Shown here in pieces: positions 28,157 to 38,275 of a stretch of DNA of 64,000 nucleotides; the stretch's first letter is position 1, and each line of letters starts with the position of its first letter. Source of the DNA: Ignisphaera sp. (GTDB lineage Archaea > Thermoproteota > Thermoprotei_A > Sulfolobales > Ignisphaeraceae); assembly GCA_038889075.1 (NCBI GenBank), contig JAWAHS010000005.1:1-64000 (forward strand). Direction: 5' to 3'. The position numbers were made by a program, and so were the translations under genes. Under the pieces are notes generated by a model. The model was not told the DNA's origin and searched no databases. It was given only the letters and a program-made list of their open reading frames with translations.

Positions 28157-30745
28157 TCACTCTATGTGATATCTGTATTTCTTGTAGAACCAGTGTTTAA
28201 TGATATCTGTTAGTATGAGGTAAGTGCTGAGAATAATCAGTAGCACTAGGTAGAAGGTTGCCGGGGGCTTTACGAATCTGAAGATTTTTCCCAATTGTGT
28301 ATAAGGAAGTATTAGTGCTGATACTGTTATTGCGATGGTAGTAAAGAGTAGTAATCGACTGGGCCTACTCCTCCAGAAGGGAGACCTCGTGGTTCTAATA
28401 ACTAAGACTACGAGAGTCTGTGAAGTTAGGGATTCAATGAACCAGGCAGTTTGAAATAGCGATTCAGAAGCTTTGAATATGTAGAGCATTGTGAAGAAAG
28501 TTATGTAATCGAAAAGAGAGCTAACCGGCCCAAAACACATCATGAATAGTTTAATGAAATGGACATCCAGCTTCCTAGGCTTTTCAACGTATTCCACGTC
28601 GACTTCGTCTGTAGGTAGTACTGACTGAGAAAAATCGTAGAGAAGGTTGTTAAACAATATCTGTATAGGAAGCATCGGAAGAAAAGGTAAGAAAAGCGAT
28701 GCCGCGGCAACACTAAGCATGTTTCCAAAGTTTGAGCTTATACCCATCAAAACATATTTCATAACATTACCGAGCGCTTTCCTACCTTCTAAGACTCCAT
28801 CGTAAAGTACCCTCAGATCTTTCTGTAAGAGAATTACGTCAGCAGACTCCTTGGCAACATCAACAGCATCATCAACGGATATACCGATATCAGCGGCTTT
28901 TAATGAGGGTGCATCATTTATTCCATCGCCTAGGAAACCAACAACATGTCCATTATTTCTCAGAGCATTTACTATTCTCTCTTTCTGAGCTGGTGTAAGC
29001 CTACAGAAGACATTAGCTTCTTCGACAACTCTCGCGAGAACATCGTCAGACGTCTCAGCTATTTCGCTCCCTATAACAACCTTTTTTACGTTGAAGCCTA
29101 GGTATTCACATACTTTCCTAGTTACTAGCTCATTATCGCCCGTAAGGATCTTCACTTCTATACCGGAATTTCTCAGTAGCTTAAGGGCTTCTCTCGCTGT
29201 TTCCTTGGGAGGGTCGATGAAAGCTAGGAAACCTAAGAACACCATTTCTTTCTCATCATTAACTGTATACGTTGGCTTATCTTCTCTTAAGAGCTTGTAC
29301 GCTACAGCTAAAACTCTGTATCCCTCAGCACTAAGTTCAAGATATCTCTTTTCAATATTTTTACGTACTTCATTTGTCATGTTAGATACGATATCTCCAC
29401 TCTCGTAGAAAGATGAGATCTTAATGACTTCTTCTGGGGCCCCCTTGGTGATCAGGAGCCGTTGACCTTTATGCTTAATAACTACGGAGAGCCTTTTACG
29501 AACAGAGTCGAAGGGTATTTCATCAATTTTCTCATAGTCTTTAACATTCATCTCTTTAAACCTGAGTATGGCTTCATCTAAGGGACTCTTAATCCCTGTT
29601 TGGTAGTAGCTATTTATGTAGGAATAAAGCAGAACCTTATCGTTCTCTTCGCCATTAATATCTACATATAGCGCGAGCTTTACCCTGTTCTCGGTTAAAG
29701 TCCCGGTTTTATCTGTACATAAAACATCCATGCTTCCAAGATTTTGTATAGCCGCTAAGCGCTTTACAATCACTTTTTTCTTAGCCATCAACACCGCTCC
29801 TTTAGAGAGAGTTACTGTTACAATCATGGGTAAGAGCTCTGGCGTTAGCCCAACAGCTAAGGCCACAGCGAATAGAAGTGAATCGAGCACTCCCCGCATG
29901 TAGAGAGCATTTATGAAAAACACAATTGTAACTAGTAAAAAAGTTACCTGCATCACCATGTAACCGAATCTCTGAAGCTCCTTCTCGAACTCCGTCTCAC
30001 CTTTCCTCCTTGCAAGCCTCTTCGCGATTTTCCCATACTCCGTTGAACTACCTGTCTTCACAACAAGGGCCATCGCTGCCCCACTCACGACGGAAGTACC
30101 CATGAAAAGGTAGTTACCCCACTTTGTTATCAATGGTTCGTAGGACTTTAGCGGCTGGTCTGTTTTCTCAATGGGAAAAGATTCCCCAGTTAACACGGAT
30201 TCATCCACGAGCAGATCTTTCGCACTTATGATTCTAGCGTCCGCAGGCACTATGTCACCTGCTGAGAGAAGTACAATATCTCCTGGAACAATCTCCTCGA
30301 GCCTTATCTCCTTCTTGACCCCATCTCTCAGGACTGTGGCCTTTGTCGCCACTCTTTGTCTGAGCATTTCAGCCTCTCTTTCAGCCTTATGTTCTTGGTA
30401 GAAATCTACGATTATGCTGAACAATACTATGGTGTATATGATGACCATATCTGTCATGTCTGCGAGAAAGCCAGAAATTAGACCAGCAATAAGGAGGATT
30501 ACCACTAGCGGGTTTTTGAAATGAGATAGAAAATCGACTATAATGGTTCTCCTTTTTCTCGTAGGAAGCTCGTTATAGCCAAAAAGCTCGAGACGTCTTT
30601 TCACCTCCTCAGAGGTAAGCCCATTTAACGATGACTTCAAACGTAAAAGAAGCTTTTCAACGGGTAAAGTTAGTATTTCCTCAGTACTTGGTAGAACCTG
30701 ATCTGGGTTTTCATCTATATCCGAGTTACCCCTATTCTTCATCAA
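28157..30745 (-). CDS. mgtA: Mg2+-transporting P-type ATPase (type IIIB)
   Basis: TGES, AVGLTPELLPMIV, DVLCTDKTGTLT, KSPLD, DEIPFD, GDGINDAP, SSNFGN, NNLLYD, FQTAWFIES. Confidence 0.92.
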   Translation of the reverse strand: MMKNRGNSDIDENPDQVLPSTEEILTLPVEKLLLRLKSSLNGLTSEEVKRRLELFGYNELPTRKRRTIIVDFLSHFKNPLVVILLIAGLISGFLADMTDMVIIYTIVLFSIIVDFYQEHKAEREAEMLRQRVATKATVLRDGVKKEIRLEEIVPGDIVLLSAGDIVPADARIISAKDLLVDESVLTGESFPIEKTDQPLKSYEPLITKWGNYLFMGTSVVSGAAMALVVKTGSSTEYGKIAKRLARRKGETEFEKELQRFGYMVMQVTFLLVTIVFFINALYMRGVLDSLLFAVALAVGLTPELLPMIVTVTLSKGAVLMAKKKVIVKRLAAIQNLGSMDVLCTDKTGTLTENRVKLALYVDINGEENDKVLLYSYINSYYQTGIKSPLDEAILRFKEMNVKDYEKIDEIPFDSVRKRLSVVIKHKGQRLLITKGAPEEVIKISSFYESGDIVSNMTNEVRKNIEKRYLELSAEGYRVLAVAYKLLREDKPTYTVNDEKEMVFLGFLAFIDPPKETAREALKLLRNSGIEVKILTGDNELVTRKVCEYLGFNVKKVVIGSEIAETSDDVLARVVEEANVFCRLTPAQKERIVNALRNNGHVVGFLGDGINDAPSLKAADIGISVDDAVDVAKESADVILLQKDLRVLYDGVLEGRKALGNVMKYVLMGISSNFGNMLSVAAASLFLPFLPMLPIQILFNNLLYDFSQSVLPTDEVDVEYVEKPRKLDVHFIKLFMMCFGPVSSLFDYITFFTMLYIFKASESLFQTAWFIESLTSQTLVVLVIRTTRSPFWRSRPSRLLLFTTIAITVSALILPYTQLGKIFRFVKPPATFYLVLLIILSTYLILTDIIKHWFYKKYRYHIE

Positions 30746-30869
30746 TGTCTTCCCACGCGTTAGACACCTCTATTATAACAGCCTACAAGAAAATAAAGTA
30801 AAAATTTAAGTGTTTTGCTTTATCCAAGCCCCTATTCTCCAATCTTTTTGTCCAGTAGGTCCTGTGCTT

Positions 30870-31100
30870 ATTTCAAAAACATTTGACTCCTTTGATGTAT
30901 AATCAATTCCATTCATATTGGGAGAACGGTGAACTGCTCGAAAGGAAGCCTCTTTATGGCGAAAAATCGACTCTGTGTAAACACCACCTAGAGTTCACCT
31001 TGTTTAAACTCTTCTGTAACCTCCTCGACAGTATAAAATTTTACATTTTCCCCTGATGTCGTAGAAGAATAGCTTTTCTACTCCTTTGTAGATAGGGTCT
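30870..31100 (-). pseudogene. possible class I SAM methyltransferase 3' fragment
   Basis: FYTVEEVTEEFKQ resembles the FY..ARFYTVEEV C-terminal segment of archaeal SAM methyltransferases; broken frames. Confidence 0.2.
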
Positions 31101-31136
31101 CGAAAGATCGTGCGAATAATACGCGTTATGAAAACT

Positions 31137-33494
31137 TCATGTATAGTTAAAGGCTTTGAATACAGCGATTTTAGCTGCATCTGTAACTAGAAATGTAGCT
31201 ATAATATAGGTTAACGCTAATGCTATAATATTTAAAGGTAACGCTGGTATTATCATCCCTCTCCATATGAGGATCGTTGCTATTACGCTGTCTACTGTTA
31301 TAGCTAATAACATGTACCTGCCTGGTCTTGAACCCCAAAATGGCCCTGTCTCTCTAAAGTTCACTATGTTCAAAAGCCCTGTGAGGAGGAGTATGTAGAA
31401 GATGAAGCTCTGCATCTGTGGATATGGTAAATTAACGAGTTTTGCTATGTATAGTGCCATAAATAGCTCCACGAGTTTTACGCTGCCAAGAATAGTCGAC
31501 ATCATTGCCAGTTTTCTCACATTCCATTTCTCTGGTTTTTTACTTGGTTTTACTACGTCAACGCTTATAGATAGCGTTAGGAAGTCGTAGAGAAACAACA
31601 TTAGTATCATATGAGTAGGTGTTAGTATTGGAAGCCCGAGAATTAGTGTCGATAATGCTACGAAATACACTATGCTGAATGTCTTAACAATCTTATTGAT
31701 AGCCCAAACAACTATTTTCCTATAAGCAGTTCTCCCGAGACTTATAATATCGACGATTACTCTCAATCCAGGAGATAAGAGCACTGCTGAAGCCACTGAT
31801 TTAGCTACATCTGTAGCCCCGCTAACAGCTATACCAAGTTCAGCTTTCTTAAGCGCAGGCGCATCATTAACACCATCCCCTGTCATACCAACTACATGCC
31901 CTTTCCTCTGCAAGGCTTCTACAATATCATATTTATCTTCAGGAGTGACTTCTGCGAAAACATCAATATCTTCAATAATCCTGCTCAGCTGATCTTTCGA
32001 GATCTCTCTTAAACTTACAGCTTTATCACCAATACCAACCTTTCTCGCTATAGCCTTAGCTACGTGTATGTTATCCCCTGTAATCATCTTTGGATTTACA
32101 TCTAGATCCTTCATGACTTTTATAAAGTGCTGAGAGTCTTCACGGGGTTTATCGTAGAGTCCTAGTAAACCAATAATCTTAACATCATTTTGTTGAGTCT
32201 CTAATGCGATTGCTAATGGCCTAAGACCTTCATCACCAAGTGTTTTTACTACTCTTTCAATACTTTCTTTATCACTGTTGCTTGCTAGTTGAAGAAGTAC
32301 TTGTGGCGCTCCTTTCATAACCCTTAGTTTTCTATCTCCTAACTGAATAATTGCTTCACTTCTCTTTGTTTCCGGCGTGAATGGCCTAAACTCTAGAATT
32401 TTAGCGATACTTACATCAACGCTCATCTCCCTGGCTTTCTGTCTTATAGCGTTATCTATGGGGTCTTTTGTTACTTCTTCGGATACTAGAGTAGCGTATA
32501 GAACAACATCTTTCTCGCTATACTCACTACTTAGTGGTATTACTTTACTTACCACTATTCTGTTCTCAGTTATTGTACCTGTTTTATCTAAGCATATAAT
32601 GTCCATCATAGAAGCCGCCTCTACTGCTTCAAGTCTTCTAATAATTATGCCGTTTTTAGCGAGCTCAACACTTCCAAGAGCAAGGGTTATTGTAGTCATA
32701 GCTGGTAAAGCTATGGGTATTGAGGCCAATAGTAGTGTTAGAGTAAAAGGCAGAATATCTAGTACACTAAGCCCTACTAGGATAAGTTTGACTATAACTA
32801 GGATTATGAAGAAAGAGTCTATGAATAGAAGCCACTTGGTTATGCTATTAGTAATCTCCTCTATTAGAAGCCTAGGCTTCGCTATTTGAATTAATTCCAC
32901 TGTTCTGCCGAAACGTGTTTTCACACCTGTTGCAGTGATTTTAATTACGGCTTCGCCTCTAACAACAGTGGTTCCAGCGTAAACAGTGTCGTTAACGTTT
33001 TTCTCAACCGGTATAGATTCCCCGGTTAACGCCGACTCATCGACAACTACAGAGCCTTCCATGATAACACCATCAGCGGGTACTATATCTCCCATGGAGA
33101 TCTTCACGATATCATCTGGAACAATGTCTTCAGCGATAACGTCAACCCATTTACCGTCTCTCAAAGCCTTCACAACTACCTTCAACTTCGATTTAAGCAT
33201 CTCAACGGCTTTACCAGCCCTATACTCATGGAAAACACCGATAACAGAGTTTACGAGAAGCAGTGAAACCATGATAGCGAAGTCAACGTATTTCCCCAAG
33301 ATAAAAGAGATCAAAGCTGCTATTTCTATAGCATATGGCGTTAACCCTGTAAATTTCTTTAAGAAAATCACCACTATGTTCTCTTTCCTCTCAGGTACCT
33401 TGTTAGGACCGTAGGTTTTGAGCCTCACAAGGACCTCTTCACTAGTTAAACCTTTATACATACTTTTCACTACCTTTTCATTGCCGATGTCCAA
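31137..33494 (-). CDS. plasma-membrane H+-efflux-type P-type ATPase (type IIIA)
   Basis: SALTGES, ASIPIALP, CLDKTGT, DPID, F.PF.P.TKRSEA, MKGAPQ, YDKPR, TGDGVNDAPALKKA. Confidence 0.88.
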   Translation of the reverse strand: MDIGNEKVVKSMYKGLTSEEVLVRLKTYGPNKVPERKENIVVIFLKKFTGLTPYAIEIAALISFILGKYVDFAIMVSLLLVNSVIGVFHEYRAGKAVEMLKSKLKVVVKALRDGKWVDVIAEDIVPDDIVKISMGDIVPADGVIMEGSVVVDESALTGESIPVEKNVNDTVYAGTTVVRGEAVIKITATGVKTRFGRTVELIQIAKPRLLIEEITNSITKWLLFIDSFFIILVIVKLILVGLSVLDILPFTLTLLLASIPIALPAMTTITLALGSVELAKNGIIIRRLEAVEAASMMDIICLDKTGTITENRIVVSKVIPLSSEYSEKDVVLYATLVSEEVTKDPIDNAIRQKAREMSVDVSIAKILEFRPFTPETKRSEAIIQLGDRKLRVMKGAPQVLLQLASNSDKESIERVVKTLGDEGLRPLAIALETQQNDVKIIGLLGLYDKPREDSQHFIKVMKDLDVNPKMITGDNIHVAKAIARKVGIGDKAVSLREISKDQLSRIIEDIDVFAEVTPEDKYDIVEALQRKGHVVGMTGDGVNDAPALKKAELGIAVSGATDVAKSVASAVLLSPGLRVIVDIISLGRTAYRKIVVWAINKIVKTFSIVYFVALSTLILGLPILTPTHMILMLFLYDFLTLSISVDVVKPSKKPEKWNVRKLAMMSTILGSVKLVELFMALYIAKLVNLPYPQMQSFIFYILLLTGLLNIVNFRETGPFWGSRPGRYMLLAITVDSVIATILIWRGMIIPALPLNIIALALTYIIATFLVTDAAKIAVFKAFNYT

Positions 33495-33951
33495 GACATA
33501 TCATTAGTGCACGACTTTAATAAATGTATTTAAGCACTACATCGATCACCTAGCATGCAATAATACAATAACCCATTGTAAGTACGGAGAGCCAGGATAA
33601 AGGAATTAGCTTGTAAATAAGGAGCTTCGAGATCATTGAAGACGCTCTTCCCCTAAATCAAGCTATTGGTATGAATAGAGAATCATGGACTTTGGTTTTA
33701 ACCTAGAAAGATATTCCCTACGTTTTAGAAAATCTTGTGAGGCTTCGTAGCTAGTAAGATAGCTATCGGAGAGAACAAGAACACGCTTTTACCAGAGCTG
33801 TCGGCTTTGATCTACGCCTTGACAGTGCCCATATAGGTGAATGATGATGCTGGTGCGTTGAAACACAGCAGAGGGCTCCCACGGGTGAGTTTCCGGGTTC
33901 GGCGGATCCGGAAACGCTGGAGCAATCTTTAACCAAGTAGATAAATGTTCA

Positions 33952-34026
33952 CGGGCCCGCCGGGATTTGAACCCGGGACCTCCGGCTCCGGAGGCCGGCG
34001 CTCTATCCTAGCTGAGCTACGGGCCC
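33952..34026 (-). tRNA. tRNA-Arg(CCG), no intron, no encoded CCA
   Basis: GGGCCCGTAGCTCAGCTAGGATAGAGCGCCGGCCTCCGGAGCCGGAGGTCCCGGGTTCAAATCCCGGCGGGCCCG; anticodon loop CT-CCG-GA; TATA-like TTTATATC upstream (~34049-34056). Confidence 0.96.
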
Positions 34027-34926
34027 TTTAAGGGTTAGGTTGCTGTTAGATATAAATACTTTGGCTATTTCCTGGTTTGAAGGTTTGAGCTGTAGCTGAA
34101 GTGTTAGAGGTGTTTTGTATTGTATCATAGAATATGGAATAGATGTGCGGCTGTCTTGGAAGAGTTTATACGAGGCTTCTCTATATCTCCTGAATAGCTC
34201 TAGAATACTTTCGGGGGACAGTGCTATCCTTCTGTATTTCACAATACATTATAGGGTATAGATATTCAATGAATTGAGATTTGAGTTACCGATTCTACTA
34301 TCGAGATTCAGACTCGCCATACTCTGTCTATTGGCGATTGAAATTGGTTGAAGCAGTTTGATTTAGACTATGTACTCTACACTCCACGACTTAGATAGTG
34401 CAACACGGCCTTCCCAGCACATTTTATCAAATAGTAGAATGTAGATATGCACAGTAGTATCTACAAATGTCTTATCATACCTATATGGAGGAGATATCTA
34501 AAGAGATTGGACTACAAAATACTGATAGCTATCGATATGGTATTCAAGTGCTGATGAACAATGCATAGCGCTGGACATGCTAGTGATGCAATTACAATCA
34601 TTGCTACTATTGCCTGTTTCAGTATAGCTTAACATTCCAATCCACCACTATCCATATTCACGAATTCTATCTACACACCAACCCCATACCTATATCTTCA
34701 ATAGAAAATTCGAATCCGATAGAAGTATCTATTGACCAACCGAATCCCACCCCACTATTACGATATATAGTAGATGAAAAGATTTTTGAAGAACAGCCCA
34801 CCTCATTTTTCTGTAGATCTGTACTCAATTAAAATACAGCTTCTAGCTGTAGAGATTAGGAACTCTACAATACTTACAGCACTCCATATACTCTTGCTCC
34901 TGGAGTTCTGTAGGTAGCTATTGTCA

Positions 34927-35265
34927 CTATTTTAATCTGTACTGTGGTTTGGGAAGATCTAGATGTTCTCTAAATCTAGTGCATATACTACACATATCTA
35001 GCTCTAGTCCACTGGCAATCTCATCTGTAAGCTCATCGACTATCTTACTTACTCTACCATCTCCTAATACCCTTTCTAGATTGTGTAATCTTCTCCTCCC
35101 CTTTATAACATAGTTTAGTAGTGGTTGTGGTAAACCAACAGCTTTTGCAGCCTGTAGTTGGGAAAAGCTATACCTCTCTATAAGATTCAATGCTATAGCT
35201 ACCCTTATAGGCGTTGAATAGATTTTTATAAATAGTTCACAAAACGATTTCCTAATCATATCCAC
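34927..35265 (-). CDS. HTH transcriptional regulator (COG2522-like)
   Basis: FCE.....YS.PIRVAIA..LIERY.FSQLQAAKAVGLPQPLLNYVIKGRR, C-terminal CxxC. Confidence 0.75.
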   Translation of the reverse strand: MDMIRKSFCELFIKIYSTPIRVAIALNLIERYSFSQLQAAKAVGLPQPLLNYVIKGRRRLHNLERVLGDGRVSKIVDELTDEIASGLELDMCSICTRFREHLDLPKPQYRLK

Positions 35266-36095
35266 AACCCTAAAAATCTACATTCTAACAATATGTATCT
35301 CGAAATACCCACCTCTAACAATAACCTCTATACTACCTATACTAAAAAACCTTTACCGTCTCCACAATCACATCTACACACATCTTCGATGATGTTAACA
35401 CAATCGGTTTACTATTCTTACCATTCCAGATAATCGTCTAACGGTTTTCACTAAATGCCCTAGACATTCTTTAACTCTTAGATCTAGCTGATGTATACAA
35501 AATTCACTAGCAGTCTGGTTTCAAAGAGATATAGATTCAAGTCTTTTAACAGCTTTTGTATGACATCCAGTATGTAATCGATATTCCCTCGTCTATGACA
35601 GTGGACCAATTTAAATAGTACTTCCGTTGTCTTCCCTCATGCCATCCACCAATAGTTGGCGTTACATGGCCTGGCTCCAAGACTCTACTAGTACATCACT
35701 ATCGCTAGAAACACTATGCTTCATTTGGATCCTTAGTATAGTTATTGAAGGAGATTAGAGTTTTCCACGTATAGAAAAATACTGTGTAGGAGACGGGGAA
35801 TACATACCTATATCTTATAGAAGATGGAGCTGGTATCGGTAAAGACGATCTGCTCAAGCTATATGGATATTGAACTATATGAAGAAGCTAGTAGTGTAGG
35901 ATCGGTGATAGTTGTGATGAAGACTGTAATTGACAATCACAGTCACATATGCTACATACATCTCTACACCAATCCATTATGTGTATTTGAAGTATGGTAT
36001 TGCCTATTCTATTGATGTACGGAAGGCTTACCTTAGTTTAGATTTATCTAAAACTTGCGTATTTAAAAACCCTATAGTAATTCCGTAGCTAGTGT

Positions 36096-36968
36096 GTGAG
36101 CGATTTGCTGAATATCGATAAGAAGAGTGCTGGATATCTGGAGGGCTGGATATCTATAGCTGTAAATACTGTTCTGTTTATAGTTAAATATGTTTATGGC
36201 ACTATGTATAATTCCATAGCTGTTGTGGCTGATGCTTTCCATACACTCTCTGATTCACTTACTTCAGCTGTTGTTATTTTCGGTTTCTGGATAAGCTACA
36301 GACCAGCTGATAAGGAACATCCATTTGGCCATGGTCGGGCAGAGATAGTTGCCTCAATTGCTATAGGTGGTATGCTTGCCATGGTTGGTCTAGAGTTTAT
36401 ACAGAGAAGCACCAGCAAGCTTCTATCTAGAGAAGGATTTGCATTCAGCTGGATCCTTATAACGGTACTTATCATCTCAACAATAGTTAAAGAGGTTCTG
36501 GCCAGATGGGCTGGAAATCTCGGATCTAGATACAATGCAGCTTCTCTAATTGCTGATGCATGGCACCATAGAAGCGATGCTATTGCTACAGCCCTTCTAG
36601 CTATAGCTATGGCATTCGGAGGAGGTCTCTGGTGGCTCGATGGAGCTCTAGGTTTAGCAGTTTCAATTCTGATAATCTATACATCACTTAAACTTGTAAT
36701 TGAGAGTGGTAGCGAGCTTTTAGGAAGAGGAGCAACAAAACATGAAGAGGATGCTGTGAAGAAGATTATCTACAGCATATCGAGCGATGTAAAGGATGTC
36801 CACCATATACATGTACATAGATACGGAGACCATGTAGAGATTACACTACACATAAGATTGGATCCAGAAACACCTCTACAGAAAGCTCACGAGATAGCAA
36901 GCAAATTGGAGAGAACAATTAGGGAAAAATTAGGATGGGAAGCAACAATCCACGTAGAACCAAGCTGA
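36096..36968 (+). CDS. cation diffusion facilitator (FieF-like) transporter
   Basis: SIAVVADAFHTLSD, PADKEHPFGHGRAE, DAWHHRSD, C-terminal IHVEP. Confidence 0.92.
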   Translation: MSDLLNIDKKSAGYLEGWISIAVNTVLFIVKYVYGTMYNSIAVVADAFHTLSDSLTSAVVIFGFWISYRPADKEHPFGHGRAEIVASIAIGGMLAMVGLEFIQRSTSKLLSREGFAFSWILITVLIISTIVKEVLARWAGNLGSRYNAASLIADAWHHRSDAIATALLAIAMAFGGGLWWLDGALGLAVSILIIYTSLKLVIESGSELLGRGATKHEEDAVKKIIYSISSDVKDVHHIHVHRYGDHVEITLHIRLDPETPLQKAHEIASKLERTIREKLGWEATIHVEPS

Positions 36969-37287
36969 AACAGCTAAACACTCAATGTAAAGAAGTTGGA
37001 CGAATATCTACGGCTTTCCAGCATAATTCCATATCTTTCATTACTAGTCGCATCCGATCTCTACAATTTTCCCAATAATGCACATCTAAATGAACCAGAG
37101 AATCCATAATATTCTAGCTATCTAAGATTTCCACCCTACCTCCTTATACGCTCAGAAGAATCTACACCAAGGTACAGCGATATGTATAGAGCTTGCAATT
37201 TTCGATGAACATTAGCAAACTAGTGTTGCGAGCATCGACTACACATTAATAGCATTTTGGACTACGCTCAGCTACACTATTCATAAT

Positions 37288-38047
37288 CTATAGCTTCTCT
37301 ATTCTTTTTCCATAGACAAATCTAATACCATATCTTCTGCATTCTTCTTCAAGGAATGCCGCAATGTCCTCAGATACATTCTCCACCGCCAGCAAAGCCA
37401 TAAAAACTTTTCTATTGAACATAGACTCTACAAACTTTATATCCTCTAGAACTTTGTTGAGCTCTTCTCTAGCATTTTCAATACCACCTATGTATGTTGT
37501 CACTTCTCCTACAACTAGGGGATCTCTATTGAATATATCCACTTCCCTCTCGATATCTTTAAATGATAGAACTACATCAACTCTAACATCAATTTTGTCC
37601 TCGGGTACGCCACTAGATTTAAGGAGTTCTTCAACAAATACAGCTGTATAGTGATCGAGGGTGGTGCCAACAGCTTTAGCAAGAGAACCCATGCCTTTTT
37701 CTAATCTATCAATACGTTTCTCTAAACTGGTTAAATGCTTATCAAATACCCCGAAATCCTTTTTCAAAGCCTTAACCTCCTCCCAAAGCCTATTCTGATT
37801 CTCCCACAGCTTCACCACATCCTCCCTCAAAGCCTTAACCTCCTCCCAAAGCCTATTCTGATTCTCCCACAGCTTCACCACATCCTCCCTCAAAGCCTTA
37901 ACCTCCTCCCAAAGCCTATTCTGATTCTCAGACAATTTTTCAAGATTCTTTAACAGATCTGAGATCCCTAAATAGCCTACTACAGCGTACCTAAATTCCT
38001 CATCCTCCTCCAATAGCTTTAGGAATTCCTTCTTTAATCTGGTAGAC
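37288..38047 (-). CDS. coiled-coil repeat protein with PD-(D/E)XK-like C-terminus (DUF3782-type)
   Basis: LKKEFLKLLEEDEEFRYAV N-terminus, ENQNRLWEEVKALR repeats, EVDIF...VVGEVT. Confidence 0.8.
37764..37929. repeat. perfect 63-bp tandem repeat, ~2.6 copies
   Basis: Unit caaagccttaacctcctcccaaagcctattctgattctcccacagcttcaccacatcctccct starting at 37765, 37828 and 37891. Confidence 0.92.
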
Positions 38048-38275
38048 ATACTTTACACATTCACCATATATGTCTACCGGGTTTATAAGGTGAACCACAT
38101 AAACAATTCCATAATCTTGCTAGGTACATGTAGGGTAGTGCTGTAATGCTATTTACAAAGGTTATGAAATCTGATGTACAGGAGTTTATAGTAAACAATC
38201 GCAGGATTAGTCCAAGACTGAAGTGAGCTATACAATGATATTCAACTACTTTCCAACAATTAGAGGCACTATCAT

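Larger units (their letters stand above)
26206..33993. mobile_element. decayed integrated element (SSV-type integration) in tRNA-Arg(CCG)
   Basis: Bounded by 41-bp direct repeats of the tRNA 3' half. Left att translates VGPPGFKPRISG, the motif of tRNA-split SSV-type integrases. Interior contains gene debris and two P-type ATPases. Confidence 0.75.

Noticed and set aside
37764-37929. 63-bp periodicity as a possible CRISPR array
   Set aside because: Units are fully identical (no unique spacers) and in frame inside a CDS
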